Origin: Eledone cirrhosa
Lineage: Eukaryota
Assembly: GCA_964016885.1 (NCBI GenBank)
Contig: OZ024743.1
Location: 19,344,001 to 19,408,000, forward strand
Direction: 5' to 3'
DNA: 64,000 nucleotides
Shown piece after piece: positions 14,195 to 26,955 of this stretch (positions within the stretch are counted from its first letter, which is position 1; the number at the start of each line of letters is the position of its first letter). Below the pieces are notes generated by a model. It worked only from the letters and a program-made list of their open reading frames with translations, made no database searches and was not told the origin of the DNA. Position numbers and translations under genes: made by a program.

Positions 14195-14230
<36 letters not shown>

Positions 14231-14854
14231 CATTATGAAGAGAGAAGAAACATTTAGATATAATTAGTAATAAAATGTATCATACCTAAACTGCTCCTAG
14301 ATTCCTCGACTACGTAGTTTCGTGGCATAAAGAAAAACAATACATCATAAAGATATAGAGTCCCTGCGAGGTCTGCCGACTTATCAAGAGGATACCTCAT
14401 TTTACTAGTCTCAAGAACGCGTCTACACGACGTGAGAAAGAATCCCAAAAGGCGGAGGGGGAGATAGTCACGCGATATAACGGTCGAGAAACAGAGCTAA
14501 GCCTCTTATAACCCCGAAGAAAATACCACAGAGGCGGAGGGGGTATTTATATCGAAGCCGTAGAAGAGGTGGTGAAGGAGGCGAGAAGTATGAGTAATGG
14601 CAGCTTTCCAGCAGTCACCACACTTCAAAGATTACTCAACCAGAGGGAGTTATTAACAATATATTTAGAAACACACAGATACATGCGGACACACACATAT
14701 ACATGAATGCATCCACACTCAACCGTGAGTTAAGGGTGCCAACCTCACCGATGTTGCTCAATGAATGACTGGGACAGACCAATCCGGTTGAACTAGACTG
14801 AACCAGTATCAGAGTTAAAAATCAGAGTTAAAAATACATGTATCTGTGTGTTTC

Positions 14855-14860
<6 letters not shown>
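14231..14860 (-). mobile_element. Non-coding hammerhead-bearing element between two (TA)n tracts (PLE derivative or retrozyme-like)
   Basis: Contains the hammerhead at 14303-14392 and a 27 bp inverted repeat (about 14659-14685 / 14837-14863). Confidence 0.6.
14303..14392 (-). ncRNA. Type I hammerhead ribozyme, U3-A8 core variant
   Basis: Minus strand: TCCTC-TTGATAA-GTCGGCA..TGCCAC-GAAAC-TACGTA-GTC-GAGGA; stems I, II and III all pair. Confidence 0.8.
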
Positions 14861-14907
<47 letters not shown>

Positions 14908-14944
14908 GTACATTACATTCATACATAGTGTAAGGAAGGTGATT

Positions 14945-15260
14945 CGCAGTTACGATGATGAGTTTTCCAGTTTATCCGATCAACGGAACAGCCTGCTGGT
15001 GATATTAGCGTGCAAGTAGCTGAACGTTCCACAAACACGCGTACCTCTAACGTAATTCTCAGGGAGATTTGACGTGTCAGAGAACGTGACAAGGCTGGCT
15101 CTTCGAATTACAGGTACAACTCATTTTGCCAGTTGAGTGAACTGAAGCCACGTGAAATAAAGTGTCTTGCCCAAGAACACAGCGCGCCGCCGGCAATCGA
15201 ACCCACGACATTACGACTGTGAGCCGAATTCTCTAATAAAAAGCCTCACGCCTTCACTCC
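14945..15260 (-). mobile_element. tRNA-derived CORE-like SINE (family 2)
   Basis: Minus strand: B-box GGGTTCGATTGCC followed by CORE-like TGTGTTCTTGGGCAAGACACTTTAT. Confidence 0.75.
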
Positions 15261-15399
15261 ATAAATACATACATATATTCATACATACATAAGTACTTAA
15301 AATCCAATAAATTCTATCGTATGTTTGTATCGTCAGCGCCAACAGCCTCTCTAGCTCTAAATAACAATGAGTATAAGGTTACAGATTTTCTACATATAC

Positions 15400-15850
15400 G
15401 TAATGTTATTTTTACAACTTAATTCCGAAAGAAAATTGAATATTTAAATAACATGCAGTTATTTCTTCCTTAATATCATTCCATTGGATTACTTAGGGTT
15501 AGGGTGAAAATAAACTTTCGTATTGGTGTTGAGATGCAAAGTATGCGCTGTCATCGTTGTAAATGTTCTCTATGGATCTATTTTGAAAAAGATATTTCCA
15601 GAATAGTAATTATGTGATAAATAAATCACTTTCATTGATACGCGTGTAATTTTAAGAGCTGCTTTCTCTTTCGGTACATAATGTACAATGATTCAATCTT
15701 AATATATGGGGTGAATAGGTCTGCAGTGCCTTCCGGTGCATCGTGGGAAGTTTTGTAACTATAAACCGATAATTACAGAGAGGATATAATCACCATAATT
15801 ACAGATATTCGCATATAATTATCGTTCAAATCCAAAGTTCTCAAAAATGT
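15400..15850 (+). repeat. Diverged direct repeat, copy 2
   Basis: Homologous to 12170-12550 with insertions. Confidence 0.8.
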
Positions 15851-16374
15851 ATGAAATAAATATTGAACTGTGAAAACAAGAAAATTTGAGTGATTTCAAA
15901 TTATTAGTCGTTTCTTCTATTTTGAAAATCAACCAATTGATAGTAAAAGCAAGTAAGAAACTCTTGACTTGCCAGATGTAGTAGTAAATCGCCCCCAAAT
16001 AAACCACTAATTAAACGAAACGAAAGGTTATAGTGCATAAACTTATGTCTGCAATAACTGCAGTGTTAGACACGGTTCAACATAGCTGGTCATTGACACG
16101 CCCTATTAGAGCTGTCGTGAACATTATGTATGTTCGTAATTACACACATATATATATACATAGACGTGTCTGAGGAACCTGCGAATCCAGAGTCAGGTTC
16201 TATCCACACACAGATCGCACCTCGAGCTGTTCGAAACAATTGTAATACGTAATACATTGAGTTCCGATGCATCACTTATTCTTCGTTTTCCATTTTATCA
16301 TTCTCTGCTCCGTAGGAGCATAGAGTGCTCAACCGGCATGCCTCCTATGGACGCATCTTAGCTACCATAAGACG

Positions 16375-16404
16375 TATATATATATATATATATATATACA
16401 AAAT

Positions 16405-16444
<40 letters not shown>

Positions 16445-16448
16445 AAAT

Positions 16449-16484
<36 letters not shown>

Positions 16485-16517
16485 AAATCTTATATATATA
16501 TATATATATATATACAA

Positions 16518-16550
<33 letters not shown>

Positions 16551-16605
16551 CAAAATCTTATATATATATATATATACAAAATCTTATATATATATATATA
16601 CAAAA

Positions 16606-16648
<43 letters not shown>

Positions 16649-16660
16649 CAAAATCTTAAG
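16375..16660. repeat. Compound minisatellite [(TA)n-CAAAATCTTA] x about 8
   Basis: Direct reading. Confidence 0.92.
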
Positions 16661-17499
16661 AAAATTAACAGAGAGGGGACAAGACAAGGAACGGAAACGA
16701 TAAACTTTAAAACATTATATTTTTAGAAACAAAAATAAAAATGGAGGTCACAAAAATACTGGTTCCTCGGCCGTTTAGGTAGACGTTGTCAGTTACGATC
16801 CCTGCCAACGGTTTAGCTGGTTTATCCAGGGTCACAACGTCAGACTCAGGCCGAACGCTGCCCAATAGAGTAAGACACGAGAGGCAAAGCATTAATTTAT
16901 AGCAAGTAAGCTGCAACAAGTGCAGATAGAATTTTATGTGACACCAGAGAAAAGGTCTGGTACCTCTTATAGAACGAGAGTCTCATGATTGAAACAAAGG
17001 AAAGAAATGAAGTTAAAAAGAAGGAAGAAACAATTCAAGTAGAGGAAAGTATGATATCGCGTTAAAATTGTAAGGCATTGGAATAAATGTGGGGAGAAGA
17101 GATAACAAGTCTGTCACATTAGCATTGATAAACTTAAGAAAATTAACAAACAGAGGACAAGACAACAAACGGAATCAAGTCAAAACGAACAACAATTGAG
17201 AGATCCGTAAGCGTAATTTGAGCATTCCAATGATAACATACAGGGGCTAGTAATCCTTTTTGTGGCGTCGCCCACTTTAACATGGAACATTTTTCTACCC
17301 CGTGCATGTATAGAAAATATTCAAAAGCAATGTTTGATAAAATGTTTGGTTCGTAAACAGACATTTTATAATGTAGTAAATAATAGCAAACGAACGTAAC
17401 AAACAACGCGAACTTATGCAGCGGCTGCTGCTGCTACTACCTTATTAAAGAACAACATTTAAAACTCTAGCTAATTAAATTTAATTATAAAACATTTAA

Positions 17500-18600
17500 T
17501 TAGGTTACATGGTCGAAGTTGGTTTTATGGTTAAGGTTAGCGAATATGTCACCAAGGAAAAGATTTCACATTGTGAAGCCATCAGATAAGGGAATAATGA
17601 ACTTTTTTTATAAAAACAAAATTTACTCTATCAAACAGTTCGACAATATGGACAACGCAGTTGCCTTTTGACAACAATTGTACTTCCGTATTATCCAAAA
17701 GTCATCGTCATTATCAAGGCAGATATAGCCTGTTATCGATATTTTTAGCGACTAAATGCTACTGCTGAGTTACACATTGAACTGTTGTAACAGGATCCGA
17801 CTGTTCAAATTTTAAGAGAGAAGAGAAACCTCTGTATCTACCTACAATCTTTCTATCAGACACATAGGCAACAATATTGTTAAATGGCATGATGTGCTCA
17901 TTAAAAAATAGCTTCTATAATTTTGAAATAGGGGTAAGTTTGGCGTGAAGAAACGATTGATCAGTCAACGGCATTTCCATTAAAAACAAACGAACATACA
18001 CCACCATAAAGCATTGACTTCTGACATATGTTAATTCATTAACTTGTATGGGAAATCCATAATTCCGTAGATTATATGTGAGTTGATGTTTGCCTTTCAA
18101 TTTATACATCGAGTTTTCTTATAGAATTGTCTACATAGTTGTGTCAGGCATTTTATGCTTTACAGTTCAGAGAACTTCATTAATAATAGATCGAAGTAAT
18201 ATTACTTCTATAGTAATTTTCCTTCTTTCTATGTTGATTACTGGCATCTGGTTCGCAATCATCCAGCTATCTTGCTGCGTAGTTGTTTTCTGAAATTCCT
18301 GGATCAACATTTCCATCTTTTCTGATGAAGTGTTAAGTTGTAATAAATATGACAAAGGTTTTTCCTTCGGGTCAGCATTCTTAGAATATAAATGATGCTT
18401 TAAGGTTCATGGCTTAGTTGTTTAATGTTTGGTTGCAAATAATACACATAGGTAGTTGACTGCACGGTGGAAAAGTGATAAACTCATAAGATAAATAATC
18501 ATTGCTACATTGGTGACAAAATTTCTTAAATGTATACATTGGGTATTTACAAATACAATACACAGAGAAAATAGGTGGAGCAATAGAAAACAACATTTTC
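17500..18600 (-). pseudogene. hAT (Charlie/Buster, ZBED5-like) transposase fossil
   Basis: KKFCHQCSNDYLSYEF..LPMCIICNQTLNN, FPIQVNELT (about FSLQLDEST), VVYVRLF, TEVQLLSKGNC (about TEVRWLSKG), FLGDIFANLN, in the expected order. Confidence 0.72.
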
Positions 18601-19386
18601 GTTCAAAAAATACGTATGCTATAATACATAAATACGAAAACTCAAGAGCGTTGCAATCTCTTCAAGTGACTATCTCAATAATTTCAAGTGACTATCTTAA
18701 AAAGAAAATTATCTTTTCATATGAGCATGCGCATTGAGCTTTGGAAATATCCCATCTTGGGGTTCTCATACTTTTCTGGCATTGTTATCCGATAGAGTAC
18801 TTTTGTGAATATCAGCGGCCGAAATGGGGTTCCACCTAAATATCGTTGCACTATGCCGTTCCACTTTTAAATGTTATCGTGTTTGCCTATGATACGAATC
18901 TTTTCGTAGCTGGTAAAGACTATCTCTCATTATTCGAAGAAGTGATCATTCAATTATCTCTCATAAATGACTGATATTCAGCAAATAATCTTTTTCTAAA
19001 TGTAGAGAAAACTACGTACCACCTATTTTATCAGCTAATGATGACGATCTGCATTTACTGTCCCCATATATACAAAGTTTCGGGTAATCCTTATTGACAA
19101 AAATTTTACTTTTTTAATTGTACATTCGAGCTATAGAATCCAAACAATCGACACAAATTGGAATAAACCCCTTCAATTTGTTGGCCTGCCCTATACCTAA
19201 TATAGAAACTTCTCGTATTTTTCGTTCTTGGTTTTCTATTTCCCTGAGTGGTTGAAACAAGTGTAAGGTATTAATATACATACATATGCATATACATATA
19301 TACATGTGTATACATAAATACATAAATACACAAACACACACGCGAACCGACGCACACATATGTATATATATATATATGGATGCATG

Positions 19387-19439
<53 letters not shown>

Positions 19440-20046
19440 TATATATATTATGTATATAAATGCAGACACAAGTGTTTGCTTAGGTGTCTGTGACTGTACT
19501 TTCGTGTATGTTTGTGTTTTCGTCTCCCTGTATTATGTATAAATCGCTTACGACGCCAAAGCCTAGAGTCATTCGAAACAACACTGATGATAAAGGAGAA
19601 GAAACGAAAAGCCACATAAGTGATATATTTAAATCTGGGCCGAAAACGATGCTGGCTGTATTGATTTTCCTCTCAACTGGATCACAAATGTTGGCATCTT
19701 AATGAAAATACATGACGCTAACATAAATCCTTCGGTACATTTGAAATACGATTTAACGCTAATCGTAACTAATGGCTTGGTCCACAAAAGTATTTGTTTG
19801 AAAACATCAAATCCTACAGAAAGTTCTTTGCACAAACAACAAAACTGTTTGTCGATATTTTTTTCGCAGATCACAAGCAATAGTGGTTTATCATATTCAC
19901 CTCAGATTTCTTTTCTCCTCCTATTATATTCTATATTCTTCATTGCGTTCTATTCATTTTATCAGCAATTTCCATTCTACGCTTTTTTCCTGTCATGACA
20001 ACCGCATTGTTGCCCTTATTCCGACTAATGTTTCCATAATAAGTAG

Positions 20047-20050
<4 letters not shown>

Positions 20051-20124
<74 letters not shown>

Positions 20125-20132
20125 CATCATCA
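20051..20132. repeat. (ATT)n microsatellite
   Basis: Direct reading. Confidence 0.95.
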
Positions 20133-20169
20133 CCTTCATGAATATCATTAATATTTCTGTCAGGTTTTG

Positions 20170-20360
20170 ATGAGTAGAAGCGGTTGAGACCCGAATAGAA
20201 TGCTTTGGCATATATTTTCCGGCTTTTTACAATATGCGTTCAATTACATCCGAGATCAAATTTGCCTTACAGCCTTTTGAGATCGATAAAATAAAGTAGC
20301 AGTCAAGTACTGTGGTCAATGCAGTCGACTTTCCTCTGCGCGAAATAACTGAGCTTATTT
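20170..20360 (+). mobile_element. Diverged SINE related to family 1
   Basis: TCAAATTTGCCTT..GATCGATAAAATAAAGTAGCAGTCAAGTACTG; a similar weak copy lies near 21370-21530. Confidence 0.6.
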
Positions 20361-20649
20361 CTGTTTTCGGTCCCACTGCGTAAAATGATGGTCATGTTTA
20401 TTTACCATTGTCGCAATTCAACTGAAGTTTCGTGAGTGTCATTGGGTAGACGGCAAGTATTTGGAATTCCGATAAATGGACTGTACCTATATTTCGAAGG
20501 ACTAGCATTATCATACGTGTCACACAAATTAAATATAAGAACTTCGTTAAGCCTACAAGTATGAGTGGAATAATCGTTGTCTTCACAAATAGTACATTCT
20601 GCCTCAGCAAAACTGGGACATTCATCACGAAACCAACTAGAGTTCATTT

Positions 20650-23500
20650 ATTTCTTTTTATTTAGATTTGGCTTCTTTGTCCTGATTTCAAATAATGCTT
20701 CAATTGTTTCCGATTTTAACCCATTCCTTTTTCCATTCGTAAAATATTTACTACTTACGTACATCACTTGCGCCATCCAACAACACATCCTTATTCTTGA
20801 GAATGATTAGAATAGCATAAACAAGAAAACCTAGAATACACACCAACAACAAATGTATCCACCTTTCATGTTCTTATTATAGTAAATACCCTGCAGATTA
20901 TATTGTATTATGGTGTTATACAACATATAGATTATACCTGCACCTGATACTTCTTTTGGATACATCACTGAGATGCTATATTTTATCGAAATTTCTCTGG
21001 ACACCTTTCTAACAATTAATAATGCATGTTCTGAAAATAATACATAAAGATTTCAGTTGAAGCAAGAGAAGAAACAAGTCAAATGTGGATAATCTCTTTC
21101 AGAATGTATTTGCCAAATGTGGGAAGTAGTTCTACTCAATTATATATTTCGCCATGAAAATATAACTCATTACTAAACGAAATACTTTCTATCCAAACTA
21201 TCATGGTTCAGCATTTTATATCTTATGTACGGTATGTTACTAAAATGTGAGATACTTCACTGAGTCAATTTCAAATGATGAAGCTGAATATTATTAGTGT
21301 ACATGGGAGTAGAGTAAACATTTTTTACAGTTTCCAGGGCAACGCACACAATTGTTACGAGAATTGCTCCGGTTCTCTGCGCATTAAGTTCAAAACCCTT
21401 TGAGGTCAACGTGAACTTTCATTCTTTTGGAGTCGATAAAGTTAACAGGAACTCTGTGCTGTTGTAGCAAACTCTGCATTTGCCTGTAAATCCTGGATGC
21501 ATTGGTGGATCAAATACGGAAAAGACCTGATTGTGTCTGCTAGTGACTTTATAAAAATATTATATGCTACAAAATCATACTCAATTGCAAGTGAACACCA
21601 TCAAATTTTATGTATGGGTGGGCATGTGTTAAGTTTATGAAGTGTATCATAGTTTTCTATAGTAGAGCCAATAACGCTGTATGCAAGTAAAAATTCGAAG
21701 GAGATCAGGTGATAAGAGGTTTTGATTTTGTTGGTAGGATATTTTCATATTCGATGCCATTGAGCATCCAAGCAAGCAGCAGACTTGTACATATCAGATC
21801 AAAAATAAAAGCAAAAAGTGAAATTTAATGCCCAACTAATGTATTGTTTTACAATTATTTCAGAAGGCTGATTAATCATGATGAATCGATATAGTGACTA
21901 ATTGATAGTAGTTATACAACTCCATATTATTAATCTTGATACAATAGATCCATCTCACAGTCGTCATCAGACGAAATCAACGGGAATCTTTATTATAATT
22001 ATATATATACAGGTTGGAATATATTGAGTATAAACTGGGACAAATAATAACTATATAAACATTTACAATCAAAGTATAAAAGAATTGAAGTAAAAAATAA
22101 AAATAGAAGATAGAACAAAAAAATTGAAACTCAGATTGGCAAAATGTACATCACATATTCAGACCTACAAGAATTTAACACCACTATATATAAATAAACA
22201 CAGATAGGACGAAAGAAAACAAAGAAAATGAAAATAATTGGATAGTGGACCTCAAGCTGTGGTGTCTGTACTAACTACAAAGCTAATCATAGCCATGATA
22301 AAGTTAAATGAAACACCAATGGTCTCTCTGCTCGGAACGAAGCGAGACTTTATTTGAATACATACAAAAAGAGAAAACTCATCGTTTGAACAGCCGGTAA
22401 AACAGTTCTCCTTGTCCTCCTCCTCTTTCAATCTTTTCTATATCTTATCTACCTGTCACCCACCTTGTGGATTGTCTCTCTGTTGACCATGGGCCGTGGC
22501 CTCTGTCCTCTGAAGCATTTGTGCCCAACGCTGTCTTTGACAGCATTTAGCTGTTTTAACGGCTGCGGTGGAATGGGGTGATACTCGAGCACTGCGGCAG
22601 CGTTGCCTGGAGTGATATCCACATAGAAGACTCCACTGGTGACAGCATCTCCATCATCGTCGTCAGTATCTACAACAACTAGGAAAATGATAACAACTAA
22701 TAAAACCACAAATCCTACCCTGACAGCATTAATAACAGCCACAGCAACATTTAGAACAGTGTTGTTCGCAACTGTTTGTCGGTGGTGAGTTGAGCATCGA
22801 AGATTATGATTGAACAATGAAATTGATCGATAGCGAAACTATTGTAATATGCAATAAAGTTCATTTATGGTGTGAACTTCACTTAGTGTCTGCTTAAAGA
22901 TATCGTTGCTTTAAAGTCACAATACCTTCTCCTAGTCGTCACGTAAAATTCTAAGTGTACCTGTTATGGCTTAATTATTCTAAGTTCTTCTCTTCCACTC
23001 CACAGAAAGGGCTTTGGCTTGTGGCTGATGCTGTGACCTCGGATGGACAAGCAGTGCCATTCATCAGTATCGAAACACGAAAGTCTATCTTGACAGCTGA
23101 AGAAGACGGAGTTCTGTGTCTTTCCTTTGTCGTATTATCTAAAATAAACTCTGCGGTTTCCCCTTCAAAAAGGATTTGTTTCGTTCATTTTCTTCTATTT
23201 GTTAGTTTTTCTAATTCTGTTATAACCAATCTGTGATGAATGTGTTCTTTCTTTTCCTCCCAATATTTTCAAGAGATTAAAATTTTAAAACCATATTTTA
23301 CATTTTTCTTGATTTTTGTCTTTTCTTCTTTCTTTTATATTTTCTTCTTTTTCCATGCCCCCCTTCAGTCTTTATATCGTTGCTATAAAAAGCACAATAC
23401 CTTCATATAGTCATCACATAACATTCTATGCGTACCTGTGATGGGTAATTAGCATAATTTATTACTTTATCTTGTCTTTTACGCCACAGGTAGGGATTTG
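20650..23500 (-). mobile_element. Possible very old hAT transposase fossil, fragmented
   Basis: FTNGKRNGLKSETIEALFEI (about 20680-20750) resembles the hAT dimerisation motif; LSIRGHS (about 23030-23055) resembles the LxFRGH motif; continuity not established. Confidence 0.3.
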
Positions 23501-23736
23501 GCTCCGGGTGTACCAGAATTGTCATCCGTAGTGGTCGAAACTGCGAAAGTCCATCTCGTCGGCTGAACAACTTGGACTTCTATGTCATTCGTTTGTCTTT
23601 ATATTTTCAAAAACAATTGTATAAGGTTTCCCCTTCAAATTGAAATGTTTCGTTCTGCCTTGTCTCTTTGTTAATTTTCCTAATTATTATACATATATAT
23701 ATATATACACACACACATATATATGCGGTCACTTAG

Positions 23737-24702
23737 ATGGAACCACCCGTAGCAAAAGTAAAAGGACACGTAATCGACACCCTAACGTCCTATGGTTCCA
23801 CCCCCTACTCTCGAAGTGTGGCCTCCAACATACCCCGGATATTCTTCGAAGCCTTAGAGAAGAGCTTCCCACCCAACCATAGGTATAGAAACATTCTTAA
23901 TAGGAACAATATAAAAATATCCTTCTCTACTACTCCTAACCTAGCAGGCATCATAGGAACAACGAACCACAGTAAGATCACCAAGACACAGCACCTCGAC
24001 ACAGACGCACCTACACCTGACAATAACTATATCGGCCTTAACAACTCCCTGACAGCATCCAATAGTGTTGGCAACGGCATCCGCAGACGCAACCAGAATG
24101 ACCGCGAAGTGACTGGGGAACATGCAGAACATGACGTGTGGAATAACAATCGCACCATCCCGCGTGCTGTGGGTTGTAATTGTGCTAACGACAGCTGCGG
24201 TAGCGTAGGTAACAACGTAGGCAGCAACAATGATAGCCTTACCGTGGGAAATAGACGGAACCGCCACAGAAATTGCAACTGCCGCGACAGAAGACGTTGC
24301 CCCCTTAGAGGATACTGCTTGACTGATAGGGTTATATATAGATGCACTATTACTAGCCACAATAGCGTTAAACATTATATAGGGGCCACCTCAGGCCCGT
24401 TCAAAATTAGGTTTCGAACACATCTCCACTCTTTCACAAATAGAAAACTAAGGCACTCCACTTCGCTCGCGGACTACATCACATCACTAAAGGACTTAAA
24501 CATCAGCTTCTCCACGCACTGGGAGATTGTCGGCCGGGCTGCACCGTACAACTTCAAGAGGAAATGCGATATTTGCCTCATGGAGCTATACCACATCATA
24601 ACTGCACCCCACGAGCTCATCAACAGCAGAGCTGAAACAGCGATAAGTTGTACACATCGCTTAAAAATATCCTTCTTTAGATGGGTTAAGAATGAAGAGT
24701 GA
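23737..24702 (+). pseudogene. PLE thumb/linker + GIY-YIG endonuclease (RT core missing)
   Basis: VLWFHP (other frame) joins PYSRSVASNI..FPPNHRYRNILNRNNIKISFS; CNCRDRRRCPLRGYC, VIYRC..YIGATSGPFKIRFRTH, CDICLME, LINSRAE..CTH. The listed ATG is probably not a real start. Confidence 0.88.
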
Positions 24703-24995
24703 AATAGTACACTGGATCTCCCTGCAACAGTTCTTAACACCCCGGCGGGTAGGCGCAGCAAAATAAGACCCGGAAAACAATCCTTGCATACCAGACCCAG
24801 CGTCAGACAAACCGATGCGCCAAAAAAAAAAAAAATAAAAATTATCCGGGAAAGACTGCCGTAACACCGGCCAGAGTTAACTCCCTTGACCTGCTGCAAA
24901 ATCAAAACAAGATATTTTTGCGAGCAATGAATCTTGATGTAGATTTAACCCCCAAAACTCTTTCCAAACTATATAAGGAACACTTGTGATTATTT

Positions 24996-25040
24996 ATGCC
25001 CTTGAGAAGCCCAACTGGGCAAAACGTACGTAGGTGATAT
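24996..25040 (+). ncRNA. Minimal hammerhead ribozyme (U3-A8 core, G12 mutated)
   Basis: CC-TTGAGAA-GCCCA-AC-TGGGC-AAAAC-GTAC-GTA-GG. Confidence 0.6.
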
Positions 25041-25104
25041 TTTAAATAAACATGTTTTAACGGTCTATTCTCCGATTTTTACTTTCCCACGTATATATAC
25101 ATAT

Positions 25105-25169
<65 letters not shown>

Positions 25170-25171
<2 letters not shown>

Positions 25172-25368
25172 GGAAAGTTTGAACAGGAACAAGACAGAGA
25201 GGCAGTACAACGAATGTTTATTAATTTCACGCTCTTGAGAGTGGGGTGGTGGTGGGGAACGAAGTTTCGGGCATAAGCCCTTCTTCAGGTGAAAAATGTG
25301 TGGGAAGAGAGATCAAAGGGTGTGTAGGGGAGTGGTGGAGAGACATATAGCAAAAAGGGGGTGGGAGG

Positions 25369-25370
<2 letters not shown>
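25170..25370 (-). mobile_element. PLE-like 3' end with hammerhead core
   Basis: Minus strand TTTCAC-CTGAAGA-AGGGC-TTAT-GCCC-GAAAC; the terminal about 70 bp recur at 27190-27262. Confidence 0.6.
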
Positions 25371-25415
<45 letters not shown>

Positions 25416-25463
25416 TATAAATACATATATATATATATACATATATATTTATATATGTATATA

Positions 25464-25503
<40 letters not shown>

Positions 25504-25518
25504 CATATATATAATTAC

Positions 25519-25571
<53 letters not shown>

Positions 25572-25576
25572 TATAC

Positions 25577-25613
<37 letters not shown>

Positions 25614-25689
25614 TATATATATAAGTGTCTGTCTATATACAGAAACTCACGTATACTTGTATATACACATACACATACATACATACATG

Positions 25690-25774
<85 letters not shown>

Positions 25775-25776
<2 letters not shown>

Positions 25777-26910
25777 AGGAAAAGCGAAGTAGTTTCAGAT
25801 GTTCAAGTCTTTTAATAATAATGCTGTGATATATATTTCAATGGCGAGAGTGGCCACACTGTTCTGTGCGCCAGTTTCGCGACATCGTCAGACAGCTTGT
25901 TACATAATAAGGTTATGTTTCCGAGGCAATTCAAATTGAATCGACATGGGAACGGACGAAGTATGTGCTTTTGGGTTCTTCGTCCGTTCCCCTGTGAGTA
26001 CCAATTCACCCCCACTGGTCTGCGCAAGCGCAGGTCCAGGGGGAAGTTGACCATTAGCTACCGCATATTTCATCGAAATTCGCTTAGTCAGTTCCCCCTC
26101 TCAGCCAAACAATGACCCATTCAAGCCTGCACCGTAGTTTACTGCTACCCATCCCCTCTGTGGCAGTCAGCCGAGGCCAGTGGGGATGGGAGAGTGTTAG
26201 TATTTACAGGTCTCTCTACTACCTCTCACTAAGCATGGACTGTATAACTGACCATCAACCCCCAAGAGAATATATTTAATTCTATGTATCATGGTTTCAT
26301 ATTGAAAGTTATAAGTGAAATTAGAACTAAAAATTACAATTTGAAATCGAAAATCCTAAATGAAGTATCAGAAATTAAAAAATTAACAATTAGAAATTAA
26401 ACAATTAAAAAATGTTCAAGTGAGAATACGGATTGAGGTGAGTAAAAAATATATATATTGAAGTGAGTAAATACTATGCAGAGAGATGTTTAATTAAGAA
26501 GCTCTGAAAGGGGTCCTAATGTTACAGTTATATTATCTACATTCTGAACGATGGTACCGTACAGTAGAACAGAGGGTAAATTACAGTATGAAAGGTAGTA
26601 GTTAATCGGGTACATAGTCATAATTTCCATCACATAGAACAAAACCAATAAAAACATATATATATTTCAATGGCGAAAGTGGCCACACTGTTCTGTGCGC
26701 CAGTTTCGCGATATCGTCAGACAGCTTGTTACATAGTAAGGTTATGTTTCCGAGGCAATCCAAATTGAAATATATATCACAGCATTATTATTAAAAGACT
26801 TGAACATCTGAAACTACTTCGCTTTTCCATATTCGATAATTACTCCGTCACTCCTATGTGGAATAAGTACGTTGAGTGCTTGAATTGAATTCCATCAATG
26901 TTTACCCTAA
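25775..26910 (-). mobile_element. Non-coding PLE derivative with direct and inverted terminal repeats carrying hammerhead-like motifs
   Basis: Direct repeats about 25830-25940 and 26657-26770; 26765-26828 is an inverted copy of 25778-25841; (TA)n flanks. Confidence 0.7.

Positions 26911-26952
<42 letters not shown>

Positions 26953-26955
<3 letters not shown>

Larger units (their letters stand above)
23725..25092 (+). mobile_element. 5'-truncated PLE (Hydra-clade-like) between (TA)n tracts
   Basis: Thumb + GIY-YIG ORF, 3' hammerhead motif, AATAAA, (TA)n flanks. Confidence 0.88.

Noticed and set aside
16375-16660. CRISPR-like repeat/spacer pattern
   Set aside because: Spacers are pure (TA)n, the repeat is 10 bp, the context is eukaryotic and no cas genes are present
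20398-20647. Small Cys-rich ORF as a host peptide gene
   Set aside because: No signal peptide, recognisable Cys pattern or splice context; it lies next to hAT-like debris
22050-22780. Old Tx1-like ORF1 remnant on the plus strand (GRKKTKKMKI)
   Set aside because: Similarity too short and low-complexity to support
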